Shown piece by piece: positions 7,528 through 16,260 of a stretch of 64,000 nucleotides of DNA (position 1 is its first letter; the number at the start of each line of letters is the position of its first letter). The DNA comes from Geminicoccaceae bacterium (GTDB lineage Bacteria > Pseudomonadota > Alphaproteobacteria > Geminicoccales > Geminicoccaceae). The stretch lies in the NCBI GenBank assembly GCA_041750975.1, contig JBGSYN010000104.1:970-64969 (forward strand), read 5' to 3'. Under the pieces are notes generated by a model. It did not search any database. It was not told the origin of the DNA and saw only the letters and a program-made list of their open reading frames with translations. The position numbers were made by a program, and so were the translations under genes.

Positions 7528-10002
7528 TCAGACGATGTATTTGGTCCAGGTGCCGAATTGCTGCCGCACCGGTCCTCTGGGAATGGCGAGGACGATCAGG
7601 GCGATGCCGCAGATCAGGCTCGAGATCGTCGCATACCAGGGGGCACCATAGGCGAACGGAGTGATCAGGAGAGCGCCGCCGAATCCGATATTGGCGAAGC
7701 GGACCATGCGCGCGGGTTCGGCCAGGGCCGTGATGGTGACGGTGAGGGTGAGGGCGCCGAGCAGATGATCGGCGTCCGCCATGCCGCCCTCGGTGCCGAG
7801 GGTCACGCGGGTGAACACCAGCCAGAGGCAGATGACGAGCGTGACGCCGAGGTTCCAGGGAATATTTACGCCGCCGGTGAACACGTCATTGAGGACGACC
7901 AGCGGCGGGCGGCGGAATTCCTCGGCGGCAGTGAGCTCTGGCTCGTCGCCGCCCTCGTCGGTGTCGCCCAGGAAGAAGACCCGGAGGATCGGCCGGCCCG
8001 CCTTGTAGCGCCTGATTAGAAAGTCGATCGTGGCGATCAGCTCGTCGAGCGAATACGGGATCTGGATGAGCATGGCCGCGGCGGCGATCAGGGTCAGCGT
8101 CGCATAGGTACCGATGACGATCGGCTGGATGATGATGAAGGTAATGGAGACGATGCCGAGCGGCACGATCAGGATGCCGAACAGCATGACCAGCCAGGGC
8201 ATGGTACGCCAACGACGCGTCGAGCCGATGATGCCGGTCAGGATCTCGAGCATGTAGGTGAGGGCGCCGAGGCCGGCATCGGGCACGGGCCAGGCCTCCG
8301 AGACCGCCGAGGTGATGACCTCTTCGGTGCCGTTCTTGGGGTCCGCCGGATCGCCCTCGAAGAACGGTTCCCAGACGCTGTCGATATGCTCCAGCTGGTA
8401 TGCGGTAAGGTAGCGTGAAATCAGGAAGCCGACGACGGCAAGGGCGATGACGATGAGGCGCTGGGTCCAGGCCGAGGGCGTGAAGCTCCAGCCTGGCGGT
8501 CTGGTCGGGCCGGTGAGTGCGGCGGCCGCCGTAATGCCCGGGGCCGGCAGCGCCAGCACCGCAAAGCCGAATATGAGGGCGCCCGAGATCGTGCCGTTGA
8601 GATAGGCCTGCGCCGTCGGCGCCCAGAAGATCAGAGGGGCGGTGAGCAGCCAGAGGCCGAGTGCCGCGATGCCCCAGCGTACCAGGCTGAGCCGCCAGGA
8701 GAGGGACATCAGGGCGAGCGGGGCGAGGAGCAGGCCGGTCAGGATGTCGCTCCACGCCATGGCTTCGGATTGATAGCCCAGCACCGACGGCGAGGTGATC
8801 AGCCATCCGGCCATAATGATATTGAAGAATGGCGCCCAGATGTGACGATAGTGCTGGTCCCGCTGATGCTCCTCGAAACGGGTACGGAGCCGGTCAGGGT
8901 GGCGCTCGGCATCGCTCGCCGCTTCGATGAAATCGGGCGGCGTGATGCCGTTGGCCCGGTACCAGCGGCGGGGATCAGCTTTGAGCGCGCCGATTATTTT
9001 CGGCAGCGTATCCAAAATTGAGTGTCGCGGCGACCAGCCTAGCGTCTCCCTGGCGCGGTCGATATCGAGGGCATAATGGTCGTCGGCCAGATCGATCATG
9101 AAGGCACGGATGAAGGGCTTCTCGCCGCGGTCGAAATCGTCCGGCACGATCGGCTCGGAGGCGGATTCGATCGAAGCGCCCAGTTTGGCGATGGGCTTGG
9201 GAACGGAGATGGTGTTCCAATCCTTGCCGTGGAGCAGCTGGCCGATAGCGTCCTGCAGCCGCTGATAGCCGATCGCTTCCGGTTCGCCGATCAGAAGGGC
9301 GGTTTCGTTGCCAAGGTCGTGACGCCGGTCGACCGCCCGCTTGAAGGCGTCGAGCATGTCGTCCTGATGCAGGAAAGCCTGGCCGGCATTGGTGTCGCCG
9401 GCATAGACGTGGCTCTTGATATTGCGCTCGTAGATCCGGGCGATCTGGTGCGACAGGGTCGGTACGGCGGTGGTGTCGTCGTAGAGCCCGGCAAGACTGA
9501 GGATGACATAGGGAATCTTGCCGTGATGGGCATGGATGGCGTCTTCGGCCTCCGCCTTGGACTGCGGATAGGGCCAGCTCGGGTCGATCGGCTGGTCTTC
9601 GTCGATCCGCTCGCCCGGGCGGCCCGCCTCATGCACCAGCATGGTGCCGGAATAGGCGAACTGCTCGACCTCATAGGCCTGCAATTGCTGCAGCAGCCGC
9701 GCCGTGCCCTCGACATTGACGGCGTCATAGATCGGGCTTTCCTCGCCGGTGAAGTCGAAATAGGCCGCAAGATGAATGACCGAGGCAAAGCGGCGGCCGT
9801 GCCTCTCGGCGACCTTCCGGAGCGCCAACTCGACCGAATCGTCGTCGGTCAGGTTGAATTCGACGATCTCGCGACCCTCGGCCGACTTCAGATCGAGACC
9901 AACCACGGTGTAGTCATCCGCCAGCGAATCCGCGAGTGCCTTGCCGATGCCGCCGGCGGCACCGGTGATGAGCACCACCGGCTTGGTGGTTGCGTCGTTC
10001 AT
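7528..10002 (-). CDS. Fusion protein: N-terminal extended-SDR (NAD-dependent epimerase/dehydratase-like) domain plus C-terminal polytopic membrane region with SPW-like repeats
   Basis: N-terminus has VVLITGAAGGIGKAL and a catalytic YPQSK. The last ~450 aa are strongly hydrophobic, with SPW-repeat-like motifs (GWLITSPSVLGY, WLLTAPLIFWAP, ALLITPFAYGAPW). Start set at MNDATTK (GAGGAA upstream). Confidence 0.7.
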   Translation of the reverse strand: MNDATTKPVVLITGAAGGIGKALADSLADDYTVVGLDLKSAEGREIVEFNLTDDDSVELALRKVAERHGRRFASVIHLAAYFDFTGEESPIYDAVNVEGTARLLQQLQAYEVEQFAYSGTMLVHEAGRPGERIDEDQPIDPSWPYPQSKAEAEDAIHAHHGKIPYVILSLAGLYDDTTAVPTLSHQIARIYERNIKSHVYAGDTNAGQAFLHQDDMLDAFKRAVDRRHDLGNETALLIGEPEAIGYQRLQDAIGQLLHGKDWNTISVPKPIAKLGASIESASEPIVPDDFDRGEKPFIRAFMIDLADDHYALDIDRARETLGWSPRHSILDTLPKIIGALKADPRRWYRANGITPPDFIEAASDAERHPDRLRTRFEEHQRDQHYRHIWAPFFNIIMAGWLITSPSVLGYQSEAMAWSDILTGLLLAPLALMSLSWRLSLVRWGIAALGLWLLTAPLIFWAPTAQAYLNGTISGALIFGFAVLALPAPGITAAAALTGPTRPPGWSFTPSAWTQRLIVIALAVVGFLISRYLTAYQLEHIDSVWEPFFEGDPADPKNGTEEVITSAVSEAWPVPDAGLGALTYMLEILTGIIGSTRRWRTMPWLVMLFGILIVPLGIVSITFIIIQPIVIGTYATLTLIAAAAMLIQIPYSLDELIATIDFLIRRYKAGRPILRVFFLGDTDEGGDEPELTAAEEFRRPPLVVLNDVFTGGVNIPWNLGVTLVICLWLVFTRVTLGTEGGMADADHLLGALTLTVTITALAEPARMVRFANIGFGGALLITPFAYGAPWYATISSLICGIALIVLAIPRGPVRQQFGTWTKYIV

Positions 10003-10116
10003 GAAGTTCCTCGATCGGAATTGTGCACGCCGAGGATGGAAAACCGCCGGCCGCCGTGGAGTTCCCTGCTGGGGCGCCATCGAGCCATGCGCAGGATCCT
10101 CAAGGCGACTAGACGG

Positions 10117-10521
10117 CTAGACGGGCACGGTGCTTTCGGCCGGCGGCAGCGGGCGCGGGCGGCGCTCGTCGTCGATCGCGACATAGGTGAACGTGCCTTG
10201 CGTGACCTTGACCTCTTCGGAGGTGCGGCCGCGCCGGGCATAGGCCTCGATCAGGATCGTCATCGAGGTCCGGCCTTCGCGCAGAATTTGGGCATAGCAA
10301 GTAACGAGGTCGCCGATCAGAACCGGTTTCAGGAAGCTCATGCCGTCGACAGCGATCGTGACGGTGCGGCCGCGCGCCCGCTCATAGGCGACGACGCCGC
10401 CCGCGATATCCATCTGGGACATCAGCCAACCGCCGAAGATGTCGCCCGCGGGATTGGTATCGGCCGGCATCGCCAGAGTTTTCACCGCCAGCACTTGACC
10501 GGAATGATCCGTTTCGGCCAT
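10117..10521 (-). CDS. Acyl-CoA thioesterase, YciA-like hotdog fold
   Basis: This is the 3'-terminal 134 codons of the artefactual 867-aa ORF. The sequence MAETDHSGQVLAVKTLAMPADTNPAGDIFGGWLMSQMDIAGG...VTIAVDGMSFLKPVLIGDLV matches the YciA/Acot-type hotdog signature. Confidence 0.8.
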   Translation of the reverse strand: MAETDHSGQVLAVKTLAMPADTNPAGDIFGGWLMSQMDIAGGVVAYERARGRTVTIAVDGMSFLKPVLIGDLVTCYAQILREGRTSMTILIEAYARRGRTSEEVKVTQGTFTYVAIDDERRPRPLPPAESTVPV

Positions 10522-10659
10522 GATGCAACCTTTTCCATTCAACCCTGAATTGTTCAACCCCAGCGCAAGCCTGTCGCTGCATGTCGGACGTGACGTCGAC
10601 CGGCCTTGCGCTATAACGCCGATGCCAGCCCCACTAACCATTTTCGAGATTTCCGGTCC

Positions 10660-12669
10660 ATGGCAGATCTTTTCGACCTCGAGAGCCGAAATACCGAGCG
10701 TGGTTCCTACAATGCGGAAGATATCGAGGTTCTCGAAGGTCTCGAGCCGGTGCGCCGCCGGCCCGGCATGTATGTCGGCGGCACCGACGAGCGGGCGTTG
10801 CATCATCTCGTGGCGGAATTGCTCGACAACGCCATGGACGAGGCCGTCGCCGGCCATGCCAACCGCATCGAGCTCGAACTCGAGGCCGGCGACCGGCTGA
10901 CCGTACGGGACAATGGCCGGGGCATTCCGGTCGACCCGCACCCGAAGTTCAAGAAGAAGAGTGCGCTCGAAGTCATCATGACGACATTGCATTCGGGCGG
11001 TAAGTTTCAGAACAAGGCCTATCAGACAGCCGGCGGGCTGCACGGCGTCGGCGTTTCGGTCGTCAATGCGCTGGCGGCCGAGTTGACGGTCGAGGTGGCA
11101 CGCAACCGCACGCTCTACCGGCAGAATTATGCGCGCGGGAAACCCACGAGCCGGCTCGAGACGATAGGCTCGGCCCCCAATCGCCGCGGTACCTCGATCA
11201 GCTTCGTTCCCGACCGGGAGATATTCGAGGCTGCCGTGCGTTTCGATCCGGGCCGTCTGCATCGGATGGCACGCAGCAAGGCCTATCTCTTCCGGGGCGT
11301 CGAGATCCGCTGGTCGTGCGACGAGAGCCTGATCAAGCCAGGCAGCGGCATTCCCGCGAAGGACAGCTTTCACTTTCCGGAAGGATTGAGCGACTTCTTG
11401 CGATCGCTGCTCGACAGCCGCGAGACCGTGACCGAGGAGCTGTTTGCGGGGGAAGCACCGCTCAGCGAATCCGGCCAGAACGGGGCGAGCGAGGGCGGTA
11501 AGATCGAGTGGGCGATCGCCTGGCCGCTCGATGAGGAAGCCTATGGCGGCTACTACTGCAATACCGTGCCGACGCCCTTGGGCGGCACGCACGAGGTTGG
11601 CTTGCGGTCCGCAATCCTCAAAGGCTTCCGGGCGCATGGCGAGCGGGTCGGCTTCAAAAAGGCGAGCCAGCTCACGGCCGAGGATGTGCTGGGGGGGGCT
11701 GTCGCCATTCTCTCGCTCTTCATCGGCGATCCGCAGTTTCAGGGACAGACCAAGGAAAGACTGGTCAATCCGGAAGCGACGAGGCTCGTCGAAGGGTGTC
11801 TCAGGGACCATTTCGAGCTTTGGCTCGGCCGCCATCCGCAGATGGCGACGATGCTGTTGGAGCACGTCGTCAATCGCGCCGATGAGCGGTTGGCGCGGAA
11901 GAAGGCGCGCGAGGTCAAGCGGCAATCGGCAACCCGCAAGCTGCGGCTGCCGGGCAAGCTTGCCGATTGCTCGAGCAGCGACCGCCAGGGCACCGAACTC
12001 TTCATCGTCGAGGGCGACAGCGCCGGCGGGTCCGCCAAGCAGGCACGCGGCCGTGAACTGCAGGCGATCCTGCCGCTGCGGGGCAAGATCCTCAATGTCG
12101 CCAGCGCCACGGCAGACAAGCTCGCGGGCAACAAGGAGCTCGCCGATCTGGTGACGGCGCTGGGCTGCGGCACTGGCAAGCACTATCGGAGCGAGGATCT
12201 GCGCTACGAGAAGGTCATCATCATGACCGACGCCGATGTCGATGGCGCCCACATCGCCGCGCTCCTGATGACCTACTTTTTCAAGCAGATGCCGAAAATG
12301 GTGGAAGCGGGCCATTTGTACCTGGCGCAGCCACCGCTCTATCGGCTCTCGGCCGGCGGCACCATCGTCTATGCGCAGAACGAGGCGGATCGCGTCCGGC
12401 ATCAGGAAACAACCTTCAAGAAGTTCAAGACGATCGAGATTTCGCGGTTTAAGGGCCTCGGCGAAATGAACCCGCAGCAATTGCGCGAGACGACAATGGA
12501 TCCTGCCACGCGTCAGCTCATGCAGGTGCGGATCGAAGGTCTGGAGGACCCCGAGGATGGCGCCAAACCGACGAGCCAGCTGATCGAGGAGCTGATGGGC
12601 CGCAAGCCCGAGCTTCGCCTCGCCTTCATTCAGGAGAACGCCGCCTTCGTTACCGACCTGGATGTTTAG
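10660..12669 (+). CDS. parE: DNA topoisomerase IV subunit B
   Basis: GHKL ATPase and TOPRIM motifs (LEGLEPVRRRPGMYVGG, ELFIVEGDSAGGSAKQ, IIMTDADVDGAHI, EISRFKGLGEMNP). A length near 670 aa, without the GyrB insertion, favours ParE. Start at MADLFDL. Confidence 0.9.
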   Translation: MADLFDLESRNTERGSYNAEDIEVLEGLEPVRRRPGMYVGGTDERALHHLVAELLDNAMDEAVAGHANRIELELEAGDRLTVRDNGRGIPVDPHPKFKKKSALEVIMTTLHSGGKFQNKAYQTAGGLHGVGVSVVNALAAELTVEVARNRTLYRQNYARGKPTSRLETIGSAPNRRGTSISFVPDREIFEAAVRFDPGRLHRMARSKAYLFRGVEIRWSCDESLIKPGSGIPAKDSFHFPEGLSDFLRSLLDSRETVTEELFAGEAPLSESGQNGASEGGKIEWAIAWPLDEEAYGGYYCNTVPTPLGGTHEVGLRSAILKGFRAHGERVGFKKASQLTAEDVLGGAVAILSLFIGDPQFQGQTKERLVNPEATRLVEGCLRDHFELWLGRHPQMATMLLEHVVNRADERLARKKAREVKRQSATRKLRLPGKLADCSSSDRQGTELFIVEGDSAGGSAKQARGRELQAILPLRGKILNVASATADKLAGNKELADLVTALGCGTGKHYRSEDLRYEKVIIMTDADVDGAHIAALLMTYFFKQMPKMVEAGHLYLAQPPLYRLSAGGTIVYAQNEADRVRHQETTFKKFKTIEISRFKGLGEMNPQQLRETTMDPATRQLMQVRIEGLEDPEDGAKPTSQLIEELMGRKPELRLAFIQENAAFVTDLDV

Positions 12670-13534
12670 ATTTTTAGCGCTTTTGCTAATTGCCTCGACC
12701 GCAAGCGCAACCGAGGCCAAACAAACGGTCTTGTATGAAGATCTGCCCTATGCGGCGACGAGCAATCCCAGGCAGACGCTGCATCTGCTCTTGCCACAGG
12801 AGGTTGAGGCACCGCTGCCGCTCGTGATCTCGTTGCATGGCGGCGGCTGGAACCGGGGCCGCAAGGATAGTGCGCATGGCCTGCTCGCCCCCCTGGTCGC
12901 CGACGGCGATATCGCCCTGGGTGCCGTCGGCTACCGCTTGAGCGGGGAGGCCGTCTGGCCGGCGCAGCTCGATGATATCACTCGAGCCCATCGCTGGCTG
13001 ATCGAAAACGCCGCCGAATACGGCATCGATCCGAACCGCATCGCCGTCTACGGCACCTCGGCCGGTGGTCATCTGGCGATGATGCTGGCAACGCAGCCGG
13101 GCCTCGGGATCGACGCCGTGGTGAGTGTCGCCGGCCCAACCGATCTGACGACCATCGCCGCAGAGCCGGGCCGCGGCGATCACGGAGCCGCGGATTCGAT
13201 CGGGGCCCAACTCATCGGCGGACGCCTCGCCGACAATAGTGATGCCGCCCGCTCCGCCTCGCCGATGGCGCTGATCGAAGGCGACGAGCCGCCCCATCTT
13301 CTGATTCACGGCGATCTCGACGGCATCATCCCCTACGTCCAGTCCAGCCGCTTCGATGCCGCCCTGGAAGCGGCCGGGGTTTCGAGTACGCTCATTCGCA
13401 TCGCCGGCGCCGATCACGCCGAGCGCATGCCCTGGCCCCATATCCGCGAACTCACCTCGCTCTATCTGGATGCCATCTTCGAAGGCCGGGAACCGGAGCT
13501 TGCCGATCGGACGATCCCCTATGCGTCGCCCTGA
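12662..13534 (+). CDS. Secreted alpha/beta hydrolase (esterase/lipase type)
   Basis: Signal peptide MFRFLALLLIASTASA, oxyanion HGGGW motif and nucleophile elbow GTSAGG. It overlaps the parE stop by 8 nt. Confidence 0.75.
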   Translation: MFRFLALLLIASTASATEAKQTVLYEDLPYAATSNPRQTLHLLLPQEVEAPLPLVISLHGGGWNRGRKDSAHGLLAPLVADGDIALGAVGYRLSGEAVWPAQLDDITRAHRWLIENAAEYGIDPNRIAVYGTSAGGHLAMMLATQPGLGIDAVVSVAGPTDLTTIAAEPGRGDHGAADSIGAQLIGGRLADNSDAARSASPMALIEGDEPPHLLIHGDLDGIIPYVQSSRFDAALEAAGVSSTLIRIAGADHAERMPWPHIRELTSLYLDAIFEGREPELADRTIPYASP

Positions 13535-13540
13535 AGGGCC

Positions 13541-14582
13541 TTATCCGACCTTGGCTACGGGCGGTTTGTGGAGGAGGAGATAGTCACCGGTGCGGCGGCC
13601 CTGCCGATAGAGCGTGTTGCCGAGCTTGAGCTGATCGGGTTCCCAATGGGCCAGCGCCCGGTCCACATCATTGGGAGAGTTGAGCAGCGCCTCGCTCAGG
13701 GTCAGGGCATTGGCGGCCGCTTTGGCTGCGCTGGCGGCCGTGTGTGGCCGCGGGATGAACGCTGCGTCACCGAGCAGGATGACCCTGTCCTTGACCATGG
13801 TGTCGACCGTCAGATCGCGGATCGCCTGAGCAAAGGGCTGTTCGGTGGCGTGGACGACCTGGCGAAACGGCAGCGGTAACAGAACATCGGCCTCCTCGTG
13901 CAAGTGCTGGCGCCACCTGGCGGCGAGTTTGCCCTCGGGTATCGAAAAGCCGCGCTGCCGGCCGTCGATGTCGGTCATGATCGCGGCAAGCTGGTCAGGG
14001 CCTGCGACGCGGTACCAGACCCAGTTATAGAGACGGTGCCCTGCCCGTGTGTCGTTGCCTTCACCCGGCACGAGATATCCCAGAATGTGCGAGCCATGGT
14101 GATTGGCGAAGCCGAAATCGCCGTGCAGCTCACTGCGGGCGACGGGCGGATCCGTCCTCGAAGACGGCAGTCACGGTCCTCGCCGCTCGGTTCTGGCGGA
14201 GATCGACAAGCGTCTTGCCTTGATGATAATGCCCGTCGCCGAAAGCTTGCTTCATCGTCGTGTAAATGAGTGACCACGAGGTCTGGGTTTGCGGCGCCAG
14301 CTCCTTGCTTTTGATGGTCCCGTCCGCCTCGAACACGGTGCGAAAGCGTGACCTGACGCCAAGGTCGATGGCGTCGACCTCGATGCCGATCCGCCGAAAC
14401 ACCTCGATCACATCGGGCTGCAGGACGATGCCGCCGCCGCGGCTGTCGAGGTCGTGGGTCGAGCGCTCATCGATGTCGACTTGCCAACCGGCATGGCGGA
14501 GCATGGTGCCGGCAAACAAGCCGCCGAGCGATCCGCCGATGACGATGACCCGGCGGCTCGAGGTTTTATCCGTTCCCGCCAT
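13541..14582 (-). pseudogene. FAD-dependent monooxygenase, disrupted by a frameshift plus an apparent internal deletion
   Basis: The N-terminal ORF (14130-14582, RVIVIGGSLGGLFAG dinucleotide fold) stops after FEDGSARRPQ. The C-terminal part (ILLGDAAFIPRPHTAASAAKA) continues in another frame from about 14160. No GADG-type second FAD fingerprint occurs in either frame. Confidence 0.6.
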
Positions 14583-14587
14583 GGTTC

Positions 14588-15232
14588 CTAGGCCGCCCTC
14601 TTGCGGGCGTGGATGTCGAGGATGGCCTGGCGCAACACGTTCGACCTCTGCGCCCCGGTGACGATAACACCTTCGATATCGAAGTGCGGCACGCCATGCA
14701 CGCCATTTGCTTGGGCGTCCGCTTCGAGTGCGCGTATTTCCCAAGCACCCTCGCCATTCTCGAGGAATGCTCGAACCTCGGCGGGATCGAGACCGGCCTC
14801 GCTTGCGATCTCGGTCAGGACATCGAACTCGCCGATGTCACGACCTTGGAGGAAATAGCCTTCAAGTAGCCTTCGGGCGGCGGTGGGTTGCAGGCCTTGG
14901 CGTGCAGCCAGCCAGGAAAGCCGGTGTGCGGCGAAGGTGTTGGGGGTGCGCTCGATGCGATCATAGTCGAGCGTGATACCCTCGGTCTCGGCCGCGGCGA
15001 CGGTTTGGGCGTCCAGCATCTGCGAGCGCTGCCAACTGCCGAACTTGCGGGAGCGATAGGTTTTGCGGTCAATCCCTGCAGGCGGCATGTCCGGATTCAG
15101 CTCGAACGGCCGCCATTGAAGCTCAACGTCGATCTCTGGCGGCAAGCCTTCCATTGCTCGAAACAGCCGCCGCTCGCCGATCAGGCACCAGGGGCAAATG
15201 AAGTCGGAGGTCACGGCGACAGTAATGGTCAT
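14588..15232 (-). CDS. DsbA-family oxidoreductase (FrnE / 2-hydroxychromene-2-carboxylate isomerase-like)
   Basis: N-terminal TITVAVTSDFICPWCLIGERRL with a CPWC thioredoxin motif. AAGGAG Shine-Dalgarno sequence before M18 of the tracked ORF. Confidence 0.8.
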   Translation of the reverse strand: MTITVAVTSDFICPWCLIGERRLFRAMEGLPPEIDVELQWRPFELNPDMPPAGIDRKTYRSRKFGSWQRSQMLDAQTVAAAETEGITLDYDRIERTPNTFAAHRLSWLAARQGLQPTAARRLLEGYFLQGRDIGEFDVLTEIASEAGLDPAEVRAFLENGEGAWEIRALEADAQANGVHGVPHFDIEGVIVTGAQRSNVLRQAILDIHARKRAA

Positions 15233-15291
15233 GAGAAAACTCCTTGTTCCTCCGGCAAGATGGGTATCGGCATGAATGAACATAATGACCC

Positions 15292-15320
15292 AAAAACGGC
15301 TGGATGCATTGCATCCGGCG
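15292..15320 (-). terminator. Candidate rho-independent terminator after the alpha/beta hydrolase gene
   Basis: The minus strand reads GCCGGATGCAaTGCATCCAGCCGTTTTTG: a GC-containing palindromic stem followed by a T-run, 84 nt downstream of the stop at 15404. Confidence 0.45.
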
Positions 15321-15403
15321 CAACGATCCCATCAGGGACAGGTCGGCAATGGATTTGGATCCACGTACCTTTTGCGATACGTCCCAGCGCAGCGGTGCCG
15401 GGA

Positions 15404-16117
15404 CTAGTCTTCGAGCCACGCCTGGAGGTGCAGGGTGACTTTGCGGGGCCGTTCGAGCGTCGAGAGATGGCCGCAATCGGGGAGGATGACGAGTGTGGCG
15501 TTGGGGATGGCGGAAGCGATTTCCTCGTGAAGGTCCGGTGGGGTCAGGATGTCCTGGCGGCCGCACAGGACCAGGGTCGGACAGCTGATGGCGGCAAGGC
15601 GATCGCGGGCGTCGTCGCGGGCGAGGAGAGCCGTCTCCTGACGCAAAAACGCCTCTTTGCCGACATGCTCCGCCATCGATTTCACCAGATCGCACAAGCC
15701 CTGGTCGGCCAATCGGCGCGGATGGATAAACATGGGGAGCAGCTTGTCGGAAATGCCGAGGAACCGTCCGCTTTCGGCAAGCGCCATCAGATCGCGCCGG
15801 CTTTGTGCCTGTTCCGGCGTGTTGGCGCGGGCATTGGTGTCGAGCAAAGCGAGGCGGGTCACGCGTTCCGGCGCCTGACGAATGATTTCGAGAGCGGCGT
15901 ATCCGCCCATCGACAAGCCGGCGAGTGCGAAGCGTTCGGGTGCTCGGTCGAGCGTCCGGCGAGCCATCGCCTCGAAGCTCGAATCCTGCGTCAGATCGGC
16001 GACATGGATTGGTCGTTCCGGTTCAATCCCTGCGATTTGCGGGCCGAAAAGCCGCCGATCGCATAGTAATCCAGGAAGAAAAACCAGGGCTTCGCGCTTC
16101 GTCATTACGGTCGCCAT
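15404..16117 (-). CDS. Alpha/beta fold hydrolase
   Basis: LVFLPGLLCD, nucleophile elbow GLSMGG and C-terminal CGHLSTLERP (catalytic His region). 237 aa. Confidence 0.8.
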   Translation of the reverse strand: MATVMTKREALVFLPGLLCDRRLFGPQIAGIEPERPIHVADLTQDSSFEAMARRTLDRAPERFALAGLSMGGYAALEIIRQAPERVTRLALLDTNARANTPEQAQSRRDLMALAESGRFLGISDKLLPMFIHPRRLADQGLCDLVKSMAEHVGKEAFLRQETALLARDDARDRLAAISCPTLVLCGRQDILTPPDLHEEIASAIPNATLVILPDCGHLSTLERPRKVTLHLQAWLED

Positions 16118-16260
16118 TTAAATTATCGACGTCGTCTTGTGGTATCCATGGCCATTCCGGTGCGCGACAATATTGACATGTCCGCGGAATCTCTTACATG
16201 CACCACCAGGAGATCTCCAAACATCAGCGCGATAAATACTGACCATTGACTGAAGACGCC

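Noticed and set aside
10117-12720. 867-aa ORF on the minus strand, the longest unexplained ORF in the track.
   Set aside because: Only its last 134 codons (10117-10521) have a recognisable protein signature (YciA thioesterase) and a proper start. The remainder is antisense to parE, whose motifs are unambiguous. Long antisense ORFs are expected in high-GC DNA because stop codons are rare.
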